Assembly (NCBI GenBank): GCA_036172245.1
Contig: JAYWIR010000036.1
Coordinates: 1,054,001 to 1,118,000 of the forward strand
Length of the DNA: 64,000 nucleotides
DNA from: Raillietiella orientalis
Taxonomy: Eukaryota
Reading direction: 5' to 3'
The position numbers and the translations under genes were made by a program. Every line of letters begins with the position of its first letter. Position 1 is the stretch's first letter. The notes beneath the pieces are model-generated. The model worked only from the letters and a program-made list of their open reading frames with translations. It searched no databases and was not told where the DNA came from. Shown piece after piece: positions 40,981-53,997 of the stretch.

Positions 40981-41700
40981 CTTAAGGAGTGCTGAAGAAG
41001 AGTTTGTCCCTTTCACCTCCTGCCAGGGAGAACTCCTAAAGCTCTTTAAAGACTGTCTACGCCACCAGAGTCTGCGTACAACTCTTCAAGTTATAGGGAC
41101 TACCCTATGAATCTGGGAAGGCTCAGGAGGAAGGAGTCCGTTCCTCCTACCCTTGGTAGGAAACCCTCGCCTTGGGGGTGGTCACTAAAGGGAACCCCGA
41201 AACGAACCACCTCTTCCTCATTTCCATCAGAAGGACCCCTGGTTTGTGAATGGTCGCGCCTCATTTCTTCTCCGAAGGGAACTCGGAAAAGATCCGCTCC
41301 TGGAATTTCTTCCCCGGAAGGACCCCTGGCAAGGGAGTCTCTCCTTGTTTCCTCCTTTGAAGAGAACCCCGGAGGGGGCAGAGTGCTTCTTGCACGCTGG
41401 AGAGGCAGTTCCTGAGGGGGGTATCAACCATGTCCATGATACGCGATGGGGAGTTGCCCACGAGGACGAGGACAGCCCCATTTCCGCAGCTGGTGGAGAA
41501 CCCCACTTGGGAGAGGATCCTTCCTCCCCACTTGGGGAGGAAGGATCCATGCTGTGGATCCCCGACCCACCAGCTCAAGATGCTTCTCCTCCTTCCGGCT
41601 CCGCCCCTCTGCCGCCTTCCTTTCAAGAAGTTGTTCTCGAATCCGCTTCCAGGGATGAGGCAGCTGTCCAATCGTCGCCATGCAACAGCCCCAAGGTGGC
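40981..41700 (+). mobile_element. LINE 5' terminus fragment
   Basis: Begins CTTAAGGAGTGCTGAAGAA after a T tract. The same start, plus TAAAGACTGT and AGTTATAGGGACTACC, recurs on the minus strand at 44471-44358. Confidence 0.65.
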
Positions 41701-41702
41701 AG

Positions 41703-44471
41703 TTCCACCCGGGTGCTCCAGGGCGTTTATTCTTGAGAATAAAGCTTTTACAGAATTTGCGACTGGACCAGTGGTCCAGCTACGCTCTAGATGTTGGAAG
41801 CCTGCCGGGTCACCGGTTCACAGACCGGTGCGGTCCACCTCGGCAGCACAGGGGAGGGGACAAAAACAAAAAGAAAAACAAAACAAAATAAAATAAATAA
41901 AACTAGAAAGGACGTGGGAAGGAATCACAGTCTGCTGGCAAGATCCGTCACATCCCTGGGCCGGACGAAGTTCAGCAATTGAGTGTCGTGTGGATCCTCG
42001 ATAAAGCAATGAAATCCCTTTGAGTATGCCGGCAAGCTTTTCCTGGATATGGGATTCCAGGTGGGGACATCGCGTCGCCATCCTCAGAAAGTGGACGGCG
42101 TATTCGCTGGCAACCCTATCGCTGAGTCCTCCCGTCGCGTTGCTCCATGCAGCGACGACCCCGCCTAGGCAGCACAGGGCTTTAAGGAAGGCTGCTGGCC
42201 GGAGGGCGTTGCGAACGAAGAGGAGTCGAACTGTGTCCTTGGGGTTGCCACAGAGGATGTTTTGGGTCGCAGCAAATTGTTTCCATAAAGATCGGAGGGC
42301 AACACAATCCACAAACAGGTGGGGGAGGGACTGCCTCTCCCCGCACCTAACGCAATCGGGGTTGACACCGCCCCACGTCCAGTGGTGATGGCAGGCGCTG
42401 CATGGGAGACTCCAAAGCAGCACCAGCAGCGCAGACTGCTGCCACTTCATGGGGAGGGTGCGCGTGTCCATGAGCACCGGGGGAAAGCGGCAGCTTCCGA
42501 ACTGACCTCCACTTCTTGTTCGCTGAGCACTTGGAAGACTGGGAAGAAGCGTAGGAAACGCGAGGGGATCAATGCATCCCATCACCAGAAAAGAAAAAAA
42601 AAAGAGGGAGAGAAAATTCCGGAACCGCCGCCGCCACCATTCCTCGACGGTCTCTTGCGCGCTTTTCCGACATCGAGCCTTCCCTCCCTCCTCCACAGAA
42701 CGAGGTCTTCCCCTCTTCCCACTTCCTCTACTTTCGTTCCTTCCTCCTTCTGGTCGACCACCTCCCCCCCTTCTCGGCCACACACCACGAGTTCGGTCCT
42801 GAGTGCCATCGCTTCATCAACTCGCAGCCACCCTGCCGGAGCACTGGAAGGACAAAACCGCTGTCGTGCGCCGCGGATGTTCCCTCCACCGCGCCATCGG
42901 GCAGCCTCACGACGGCGCAAGGCAGAGTCCCAGGGAAGTCTCCTCTTCAGCAGCGGCGGCGGCAACCTCCCTGGCACGCTCGCCTCTCGGCTGGAACGAA
43001 GCTGATAATCAAAAATCTGGATCCTTCAGCCCTTCTGCAGCTAGGAGTCCAGGATGGATCCACGGCTGGGTCACCACTTCCCACCGGGTCGCGACGGGTG
43101 GGGACAGGGGTCAGAGGCGCCGGTAGCCGTTTCTTCTTTTCCGAGCCTGCGCTGGATGACGACAGAGGTCTCCGCCTCTTCCGGGCGAGGCTACTTCGCA
43201 GCCGCCTTCATGCAGGCGCCGGCTGCTATACAGGGGTGGCGCCTCCCCTTCGCTGCGCCCGCGTCTGCAAAAAGTGGCGCGGGCTCAACTCGCCGTCGTG
43301 ATCGTACTGCGCCCCAGGCGAGAGAGCCCGCACCATGCGCGAGGTCGAACCGCTGCAGCAGGTCGCTGGCGTGCGCTCGTCCGAACGGAAACGATCGCCG
43401 TTGGGTATCTTCCCCGACACGTTCCAAAGAAAAAGATGCTTTCCCTAGTGTAGTAGAGACGGACTGCTTTCTTCCCTCCCCTCTCCCTCTTCTTTCTCCC
43501 GTTTGGTACATGGCGCTTCCACGCTGCAAGACGTCTAACGACAGCGCACCGTCACTCCCGGAGGCCGTCGCTTCGGTACCCAGCCGCGCACGTGCTGCAG
43601 GATGACCTGCGTTTCCCACAGAGCGCACGACCTCTGGCCTTGAATCCTAAGCTGCCCGCAATCGACACGGCCGTGCAGGAGACAAGATGTGGATCGACCC
43701 TTCCTCAGCTTCCAGAGATACCTGCGCTGGCGGCCGTGCAGCACCGAGCGTCGCGGGTTCGAATCCTTTCCAGGGAAGGACCGACGCCGAGAAGCGGTGC
43801 ATCGGGGATTTCGAACCCCCCCATGCAACATAGCTCTGGTTGGCCTTCGTTGGCTTCGAGGGAGGCACCGGTGGAAGCTGGGAACCGGGTGCCCTTGTTG
43901 ACTTACCGGAATTCGAAGTTACCTTCGGGGTCCTTCCAGGACATTAAGGAGCCCTTCGGAGTTCCCCTTTGGTGGCGAACATGGAGCCTCCTCCCTCTTT
44001 TCGGGGGAGGAGGGAACCTCCATCGCGTACCGTGAAACTGGTGGAATGATACTTCTCCAGAGTGCTCCATTCGGCGAGGCACCCTTCAGAGAAATGAGGA
44101 AGCGTCCTTTCGGGGTTCTCTGCAGAGGAAGAGACAAGGAGCGGTTCCCTCGCGGGTTTCCTCCGGAGAAGAAATTTCAGGAGCGGATTCTTTCCAGTTC
44201 CCCTTCAAAGAAGCAATGAGGAGCGACCCCCACAAATCGGGAGATCCCTTCGGAGAGAATGAAAAAGGTGATTCCCTTCGAGGTTGCCCTCGGAGACAAC
44301 CAGAGCGAGGGTTTCCCACAAACGGGCACCCTTCTCCGGAGCCCTCCCGGATTCATAGGTAGTCCCTATAACTAGAACACTTGCATGCACCTCCTTGAGG
44401 CGTGAACAGTCTTTAGAGCGCTTTTTAAGCGCTCCTCTGAAAGGGCGGGTGGTTCTTCAGCACTCCTTAAG
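41703..44471 (-). mobile_element. Internally deleted LINE copy retaining both termini (5' end, ORF1 remnant, ORF2 zinc finger, 3' UTR)
   Basis: 5' terminus at 44471. ORF 41818-42783 contains an intact CCHC zf-RVT motif CVRCGERQSLPHLFVDC. 3' structure at ~41800-41850, AATAAA-hairpin end at 41731-41703. No RT core seen. Confidence 0.75.
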
Positions 44472-44499
44472 AACCAAAAAAAAAAATAAAAGCTGGAAG

Positions 44500-46272
44500 G
44501 AAGGCAGAGAAAGCAAAAGAACTCTCAAAAGATTTCCATCATCACAACTCCACATAGGAATGGTGGACTGGGCCACCTTATGCTGGAGAGGGTGGAGCGC
44601 GTCAGCTCCAGTTCAGAAGACTCGCCCTCGAGGCGAGATTATGGACCGCTCACCGGCGCAGCTCCTCGCGGAGAGCGCAAGACCGGCTGCGAGGGACTCC
44701 CATCCCTCCTCGTCACTAGCGATTGTGTTGCGGACGCCAACTCACACCATGCCAACCAGATGGTTATCATGGTGGAGATCAGGATCCCCTGCCTCCCCGT
44801 CAACTGCACTGCGTGGCTCCAGGAGCGAGGCTTCGCATGGGGATCGATGCACGGCGCGAGCGAGGCGGTGCACGCCTGCCTGCAGCGAGGCATCCACGAC
44901 CGCATGTCACTGGAGGGGGTCGTGTGCAACCCGCAGAAGATATACGGTGGGCCTCGTCACCCGCTTGCTCCAGCGCTGCCCTCCCTAAGGGGCGCAAGGG
45001 ACAGCGTAATCCCGGCAAGGTGGCAAGAGGAGCAGGAACTTCTGGGCAAGTGGACAACTCAGGAGGTGACGGACATTGCGACTCCGAGCGTCCCACCCCA
45101 ACGACTTGTACGCCGAGGAGACCTGCTCGGCGTTCCTCGGGAGGAAGTGAAGTAGCCCCCAGCACGCTGGAACAGTGGTGCCCTCCGGTTCAAGTGGCGC
45201 AATTTGCCGCTGCTGGTGGGGCACGGGGGAACCCCATGCCAAGCGCGCCTTCACAACTGGATACGGGGGAGCGAAGACGCTCAAAGTGCGACAGGTGCGG
45301 GGAGAAGGAGTGACCCTCCCGCACCTGCTGTTGGTTGGACTGTGCTGCCCTCCGAACTTTTCGGAATCGTCTCGCGCCCATCCTAGGAACTCTGGTGGGC
45401 GGCCCCAGGGACGTTTGGGAACGCCTCTTCGCGCGTGCCGCTCTGTCGCCAGCCTCGTCCCTCGCAGTTCTCTGCTGCGTACGCGGAATCGTGGCATCCT
45501 GGAACGCGGGAAGAAGGGGCCGAAATGGCAGGCACCCCCACCATCCACTGGGCGCGGATCTCCCTGAGAACCGCCTCGGGATTCCTGCACCTGGACACTT
45601 TCGGGACGGAACTTGCTAGCATCCTGAACAGGATGCAGAGGACGCCTGGCAGCGTACGTGATCCTTTCCTCGGTCCCCTCCTCCCTCCCCTTCCCGTGTA
45701 TAATTTCCCCTCTCCTGGTTTGTGTGCTTGTTTATTCTTTTTTCGTTTCCGTTTTCCCTTCCCCTACGCTGCCGAAGCGGACCTCGCCGGTCTGCGTACC
45801 GGTCCTCGGAAGGTTCTTTTGTGCGTGGTAGACGGTTCTACCGCAAAATGTATTTTTATTACTCCATTTAATAATATTTAATAATAAAGGCCCTGGCCAT
45901 AATCCGCTACAAAGCCCGCTTCGGAGGCTTTGCGGTTACGGTGGTCTCCACGCGTGGCACCAAAAAGAGTCGCGGTTTCGAATACTCCTACAGAAATGGA
46001 CGCAGTGCGTCGTTGGTTCCGCGTTCCTCCTGCAAGGTGACGCTGGTTGACCTACAACCATATTCGGGTGCGGCACTGGTAGCGGTTCACACTGGATGCC
46101 CTCGATGAAGGCAGGAACAATGGGAGTCGACCTCCGGGTGCCTCCAGGAATCAAGGACTGAGTTCCCCTCCGGTCGTGCCACGGAGAGAGGACCCCCCAC
46201 ACCGGAGGGACCCGTCCGGTTCGTTCAGATGGAGTAGGTGTGTAAACCAGCTCTCCATAACCGGGTGACAAT
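44500..46272 (+). mobile_element. LINE ORF2 C-terminal part plus 3' UTR (3' end interrupted by an insertion)
   Basis: HRNGGLGHLML, frameshifted CDRCGEKE-TLPHLL-VDC zinc finger, GGATGCAGAGGACGC, 3' structure at ~45768-45815. Confidence 0.75.
45903..46254. mobile_element. 352-bp insertion flanked by CCATAA direct repeats
   Basis: CCATAA at 45897-45902 and 46255-46260. Removing the insert restores AATAAAGGCCCTGG-CCATAA-CCGGGTGACAA, the family 3'-end motif. Confidence 0.6.
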
Positions 46273-47449
46273 CATCCGGCTGCCAAACTTCTGCTGTCAG
46301 AAGGATGGATGTTCGACGTTAGGGCGTCACACCACGTGGCCATCTGAAGTTCTTCACCCGAACTCGTGAGCGATCATCACCTCTTCTCCCGATTGCGCCA
46401 AGTTCGTCAGTCTGCGCAGCGTCATCTCGCCGCCTTTTCCGGCTGCGAGGGCGGGAAGCTGCTAACGCTCGACGTATGCACGGAGCTCATCTTCCACAAG
46501 GAGGAAGATGCGGAACCCTTTTCCATTTTCCGTCCTCCGTGTAGCGACACTGGCACCAGAAGAATTCCGCTTTCGGGTGGCGCAGAGGAAATCTTGGAGT
46601 GCGATTCACTCGAGCAGTTGTTGATCAAAGGGTGGACCACCAAAAAAAAAAAACAACAAAGATCCATCATGCAGGGTTTTTGGCTTACGGTCGTGGTTTC
46701 AGTCGTTTCTTTCCCACCCAGGGAAGGGATTTTTGCTGATAAAAAGCCGTTAACAGCTTTGGATGCCAGACCAGGTTTACTAAGCCCTTGACGAGGACCC
46801 ATTCGTCGAGCTCAGACTGGAAAGCAAACACAGTGGGTCCACGTATAACGTGACATAAAAATGGCTGCTGCCCTCGTATAACGAGGCCAACCAACCAGTC
46901 CTGTGCCACTCTGTGAAGATAAATCTTGATTTTGTATGGTGCAGTGTCACCGCAGCCGTTTTTAAAGTACATGTGATTTAAGCAGGTTGAAGTCTGCTCC
47001 GTACAATTCGAGTTTTCGTGACGAACGGAGCTCACGAAGATGCATTTTCGTTATGACGAGAGGAGCTGAAAGTACAGAATCCTTTGAACGGACTAAACAC
47101 CAACGTGACTCTAAAGTCTCTTTTTACCTTAAGCTAAATAATAATAATAAAAACAATTCGTTTTTTCTTTTTTGTTTAAAAGTAAATATTCAGTACTGTA
47201 ACGTTTAACATACATTTGATATCTTTTATAAATACTATCTCGTTGCACATTTAAAACCCACAGAGCTTGTACGACGTACCCCCCCGCGTTATGCGGATTT
47301 CGCTCTTCACTTCCATGTTACCTGGAAAAGATCTTTGGAAAAATTTCCATGTGAAAAGATGTTTCAACTGCGGAGCAATTCAAACGAAAAAATGCTTAAC
47401 GTTTAATGAATCAGCCTCTCTTCTTCCACAGGAAGGGAACAAATCGGCT

Positions 47450-48994
47450 AGTCGCGTCCAGGAAGATGCTCATTTTTCTGCCGCAACCGAAGGGTACCCA
47501 TCGCGAACCCTGTAAGAAATCTTCTGCATGGAACAGCGAAAACGAAGCCCGGTCCCCGAAACCCATGGTAACGGGAGGCTCTCGGGAGTCCCATGTAGGT
47601 GACAGAAAGCAATAAACGTGAAAATTGTTCAGCCATGCATCGCGTTCGAAGTGATTCATGGAATCTTTCAAATGCAGAATCCTGTTATCCCTGGATGGTT
47701 GGAACCCGGAACTGTTCCGAACTGCTCTCGTTGGTAGGTCGGTTGAAATGAGAATCCGCTTTCGTGCTGGACCAGCTGAGTACGGGGGGTGTCCGCATTA
47801 AATCTAAAATATACCTAAGCGGACGCCTCGCCTTGGGGGCATCACCACATTTGGGCTGATGCAGTTGCCAACTTTTGCTCCGAGAGCCCATTTATTGGAC
47901 CCGCTGCACTCTTGTCTTGCCAGCGAGCAGTCCTCTTGCGATGGGTCACAAGAGGCAGGCAACACGCATCAGTTTGTACCTAGTTTGGTACACAGCAAAG
48001 CCGAAACGAAGTATACAAACATTCAAAAGGGGAAAGAAGGAAAAAATTCCTTCGCTAATGGCTTCCTTCCATAATCACGCATTCCCCAGACCAAAGAGTA
48101 TATCACTTTACCACCAGCCAATTGCTAGAGGGCACACTGCGGCAGTGGGCAAAAAGAATCACATCCATGTCTCTGTGTTTGGCATTTCGAAAAGCTGGTC
48201 CACGGCAAGTGCCAAGTGTCCGCAGATTTTGGTACATAAACATCACACCTTCCTGCTCGTTTTCTTTAGAAGCAGATTTTATGATTTTCAGCTGAGTTCC
48301 ACAGGAGTGTGATGGGATCCGATGAAAACAAAGGTGGAAAACTTTGTGTTCACCTTGTCGTTGTTCTTACAAAATTTAACGACGGGGCAACCATCGGCCG
48401 TCCACCGGTTCCGTACGAAATCTTTTATCTCATGTAAGGAGTGGGCTGTGCCCAAGACGGCATTAGGCTGAGAATCGCCGTATGTTCAGACCCACGGCGA
48501 GAAGGCAAGGGGGAAAGAGGAGGAAAAAAAAAGAGATGCAACAACAGAACACTGCATACGTAGCATGTACACTGTACAAATTGCAATGGAATACGCTCAT
48601 CCACCTAAGACAATGATGAAATTCCTGAAGTCGAGGATTTGCGGGAGATTAGCTCATTAACAGAAGCACTAACTATTTTTCGAGAGGTCACCGGAATAGC
48701 CGACAACATGACGACGGCTGCCAGGTGGCCTCATCTTCCAGAAGTAAGAAAGGAGATCTCCGGCATCCAACGCCGATTCTGAAAGGAAGGAACGGCCAAA
48801 GCCAAAACCCCCCGTCCCCCCCCCCATATTTTTATTTATATATCTATTGGTGGTCCCCTTCCTGCCGTTCCGGACTTTCGGTTTTACTGACCTGCGTGTC
48901 GGGGAGCCCTCCCTTCGATCTTCTGTACCCTTTGTCTGGAAACTTTGTTCCCAAATCGTTTAGAAATAAACGCTCCGGCGCGCCCGGGTGAAAA
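47450..48994 (+). mobile_element. Older, AT-richer LINE copy remnant
   Basis: Knuckle-like HLG*CSCQL...C at ~47850-47910; 3' end AATAAACGCTCCGGCGCGCCCGGGTGAAAA at 48965-48994. Confidence 0.45.
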
Positions 48995-51487
48995 GGAGGA
49001 CTAACTATGGACGTTGAGCTGCCAGGCTTCCAGGAAGGCTGCCCGGAGTCAAGAGAGAATTTCTGCTCATAAAAGGATGCTCACCGTGACGAAAGTTTAA
49101 ACAAAAGAAAAAAAAAAAAATATCCTTGAGCCTCCTTGGTTTCCTTTCCCAAATTTTCTCGCGGCAGTGTGCTTGCAGTGCCCATCAGTTTCATTTTGTG
49201 CAAACGATTTCTCCTGTATTGACGTTCGATCAGCCACGGGCAATTTCCAACAGATGAGGTACAGGGTCTAAGCCCAAATTTCAATTCCAGCAAAAAACGA
49301 GAACGTTAAAGAGCATTCCCCGTCGTAGCCGAAAATAATTTATTATTCCAAAATGAACATTCCCTACATAGAAATGTGAAGCTTTGTCAAAAGCTTCGCA
49401 AGAATTTCGAGTCCATACGGCGCGACTACGAGGGTCATTCAATCTACTGAACAGCTTTAGCTCCGTACTCCATCTCAGCCAAAATTCAAAACAGACTGGA
49501 ACTGAACTCCGGAGCAGAGGATTCCCGAACACCTTATTCTTCCCTAAAACGCGTCCAGGATGTGTCACCACACGTCGTGGGTAAAACGATTGTTTTAAAT
49601 GACATCCGATGTGAAGCAGGTCACAAACAGAAAGCGTCACCGTGCGTTTGACGGCAGACGAAAGGAGCAGCAGGGAACGCAAGCACTAAAGGGTTTACGG
49701 GGACCACACTGCCGGCACTTGGACGCCGGGCAAAACGTGAGAGATGATCCGAAGATGGGAACAGGCGGGGCACGCTGCGGCCAGGCGACTCCTGGAGCGG
49801 GAGCTGGTTGCAAGATCATGAAATCGTGGGCACGCCCGACTGGACCCACACCGCTACCCCTCCCTAGAAGACGCCGTTCGTGCATGAATCGAATCGGCAA
49901 AAGGGGCGCAGAAATCGGCCCTTGGGCACGATTTGCGGGCAATCACCAGAAAAACGTGCTGGACTGTGTTGTTCCATCCGCGAACCGGTTCTGACTTGGA
50001 CACTGTCCGAAATTCTATCTGTTCAGACCAATCGAGAAGGCAGGTTCAGATCACTGAGAAGGTACGAGACGCGACCCCCGTAATCACCTCCTGCAGGACC
50101 TCACACCAACAAGAAATTGTCTGTTTCCAGATCCCGAAAAAACCAAAGACGGGGATGAACAGCACGCGGAGGCACTGCCTATGCATAAGGCATGTGACCG
50201 TTCCTACACCCGATTTCTGGCTTCGAAAAACGTCTGCTGAAAAAGAACGCTACGGGGCAAACTTTGTGATCCTGGTAATTGCCGGGCGTGGATCCTGGGA
50301 TTGAGCCCTTACTGCCTAGCTGGCACAGTGAGGAAGAAAAATTTTCGGAATCCACGAATACTTTGAATGCTCGCATAATGAATCATTTGAAGGCCCACCA
50401 AAATACAAAAAGTAGATCACTAATCATCAAACAGTGATGCCGGAATTCACATATAGCCATGTACACAAAATTTCAAACTCTTATAGCTTGGCATCAAGAA
50501 GCACTCGGTACCCAATTCCCCATCAAGTTGGTTTGGAAACCAACCCTGCAGGTACATCATAATTACTTGGCTGTACAGACTGCGTTTCTCTCCGAACATA
50601 AGAACATTTTTCGAAATTCTTGGAATTCATGCTTGCTTTTTGTTTCTTACTGATGTGGAACTTGACTTCCTTCAAAAAACATAAAAACAGCTACGTGCAA
50701 GTTCCTTCCTTGGCTCACATCTCAACATCTGGATTGTCATGCAAGTAAAACTCGCTAAAATAATACAAAATGGGCAAAAAACTTATCAATCTTCGAAATA
50801 CAGTGTAATCTAATCTTGCATGTGTACAGTGGGACATGGGAAATTACTAAAAACCATCGGGCAAAGAGCTTTAATAAATATTTCTCATTTTATCTCTTTC
50901 CCTATGATTTTGTTATTTTGGGCAGAAATATCCGACATGTTGCTTCTGTTCAGATTCGGAAATGTTTGAAAACATCATGTCAACTGTATTCTCACAGGAC
51001 CCAGAATACTCCCTTAGATGCCAGGTACTTTTCACTGTTGCTAGATTTCTAAGTTACTGGGGTAGGCTTATCATAGTAGACTTACACAAAAAAACTCTCT
51101 CACTCTTACTAAGGACTGCACCAAGGACTGAAATTCTGAACTTTTGAGATCAAAGGCATCACGAATTATCCATGCAACGTATTCTGTTATGACTACACCT
51201 TTCTTAATGCATCCATTGGTTTCATGTTGCCCTTAGTGCTTATAGATCAAAATGCCATAGTATCGAGTTCGCATATACAAAACTATCTTGAAGACACTTA
51301 TGGTAAATACACTTATGCGACATTTCCTGTGTAGGATGAAGAGAAATGTAAAAACAACATGTATAGAATACGCTTATGTAATCAAAGCGTATGAAATCCA
51401 AAAAGTTTGGAGGCAATCCTTGAACAGCATCCAGGAGTCAACATTGGATCAATACAGAAGCTGTTGTAGTAAAACATTCCATAGTGC

Positions 51488-53997
51488 TTACTTTTTTTTA
51501 AGACCACGAATGCTCGTTAGAAGAAAACTGCCTAAATTTTCATCCTGATAAACAAGATCTTTAACTAGGTCGAAAATACAAGATTATACACACCTGATAT
51601 CCCCATGACACATAAACATTTTTCTGAAGCTCGTCATCTGCACCAGACACTTTGATTAACACTGATTCCAGAGATAGAGAACCATCTGATAGCTGCTGAA
51701 TGGGCATATCTTTCAGTTTGCTGCCCTGACATGGAGCACATGATGGGAAAAGTGAAGAAAAACTTACTGTTTGATAATCTGGTAAATACGGTCTTGCATT
51801 TTGTTCACTGATCCTGAATCTTGTAAAGATACAGTAGATGTGAATCTGACTAAATGGCGAGTTATGCCCGTGTCCTTACATGCTTGATCCACATCTAGTA
51901 GTGTCATACCCTGACATAAAGATAATAACCATCCGGTCTCCAAGATACTTACCGAGTCCTTGACCATTAACACTCCATGCAAGATTCCTGGCTTGCCAGT
52001 ATAGAGGTTCACTTGCTTCAGCAGATCCACGCTAACATTAACAGGCAACTCTGGCTGCACCCCTATTGTCAGTGTTTCTCCATTTGCAGGCATGAAGCAT
52101 TCAACCCCAAACTCTTCAATGATCTTCTGACGAATAAAATCCATTTTGGATGCTTCTCCATGAACAAGCACCACATTGGAGGGCTCACAACTGCGTATGA
52201 GTTGCATGATGCCTTTAGCATCAGCATGAGCAGAAAAAGACATGTATTCCACACCCATCTTGACCTCAAGCACCTGCTTATTGTCCAGTTCAATTCTTTT
52301 AGCACCACTTAAGACCTTGTGACCCACTGTGCCCACAACACAATAGCCAGGCATGATGACTACATTGTTCTCGCCACCTGCCCACTTTTTAAACAACTGC
52401 AAGGAAAGACCACCATGCAGCATTCCTGGAGTGGCAAACACCACCATTGGGCCAGGATTATCAGCATATGACCGATCGAAGGGTTTAATGTGCTTGAAAT
52501 CAAACATGTTACGCTGCACAAAAGTGCGACGGATCTTCTGATTGGTCCATGTAATAAACAGCTTGTAGTATTGATTGGCCTAAACAATATGTGAGGAAAA
52601 AAAAAAAAAACGCTATGATTTACGAACCTTTTCTGTTAGCCCCAAAGCAAAGTAAATGGGCACAGTGAGATTCAGGCGCTCCCAATAAGTCTCCAGCAAA
52701 ATACATAACTCCTGTGCCCTTCCCAAGGCAAAAACGGGAATCAAAACTTTACCACCTTTCTCAACAGTGTCATGAACTTTCTTGAGGAAATCTCGCTCTC
52801 TGCAAATTTAAAGCTATATACTGCTGCAATCTTTGAATGTTGAAAAACCTGCAACGTTTGGAATCTCGGATTGTGGTAGCATAAGTAGATTCTGAGATGA
52901 GGACATTAGGATGACACTTATCAATCCAGGCTGCTCCAAGATGTCGATCTGGAGTCATATTGTAGTCGCCCTTTTGATGTGAATCATTTTTGAGGATCAC
53001 AAATTGAATGCACTTCTTACTGTATACACTACTGATTGACTGCCCACACGAATATGAAACATGGCTGCTCCAAGAACATGACCTGCATAATAAGCTTTAA
53101 TGTGCAACTCATTGTCCACCTGCACCACTTGATGCAGATTAACTGCAGTGACCTTCTTCATGCAATCTTTAATCATCTGGGAAGTGAAGAAATTGGTTTC
53201 TCCTTTCTTCTCCACAGCAACTTTCCGCATATCTTCCTGTCCACAGGAAATACTCTTTGAACAAATTATGAAGAATGACTCCTACCAACAAGATTGGACA
53301 GATAGCCTTGGTAGGGTGAGTCATGTAAATCGGTCCATTATATCCGATTATCTCTGTCATATAAGGCAGAGCACCACAATGATCCAAATGAAAATGGGAA
53401 ATAATAACACAATCCACAAATTCTGTCAAATTTCCTTCACAGATAAATGAGAAATCTGGAAATCTCCTCTAAAAACATCACATCATATAAGTCTCTTCAA
53501 TGATTTCGTCACTTACATACCTCATCTGAATAACCCATATGCATGCCACAGTCTAACATTACATTTTTGCCTTCAATTGTCAAAAGGAGGCAGCTTCTCC
53601 CAACATCCTGGCCTGCTCCTAATACCACATGAAGAGTCAGTTATAAGACACTGTCATGTTGGTGTTTGGTCACAATAAATACGCAATTGCCATCAAAAAT
53701 TTTCAACATTTTGCAAAGGACAACATGAAACATAACTTGCTATTTACTTCAAAACGTAAACGGTCTGAAACTATGAAGCGACTTTGGATTTCTCGTTTAC
53801 AAGGACTCTAGCACCTAATAATGAATAAAATCACGCATTACTTGTTACTCTAATGTTCGAAAGTAATAAGGTCTTGTTCCAGAGAATCTGTATATGCGTT
53901 TCATAAAAAAAACTGCGTGCCATTAACGTAATGAATGGAAGCAGTAAATATGTGAAGTTCTGAACTAACCCAAAGGAGTTATCTGGATTTCCAACAT
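51488..53997 (-). CDS. INTS11: Integrator complex subunit 11 (CPSF73-like metallo-beta-lactamase/beta-CASP endonuclease), 590 aa
   Basis: Exons (minus): 53997-53970, 53618-53521, 53468-53286, 53236-53021, 52970-52849, 52799-52628, 52579-51953, 51910-51768, 51720-51594, 51544-51488 (1773 nt, all GT-AG, phases consistent). Peptides [70 protein letters not shown] and the [15 protein letters not shown]-terminus are typical of INTS11 rather than CPSF3. Confidence 0.97.

Noticed and set aside
50300..51480. Possible small exons of another gene downstream of INTS11 (e.g. 50998-51024)
   Set aside because: Isolated splice-like signals without a coherent reading frame.
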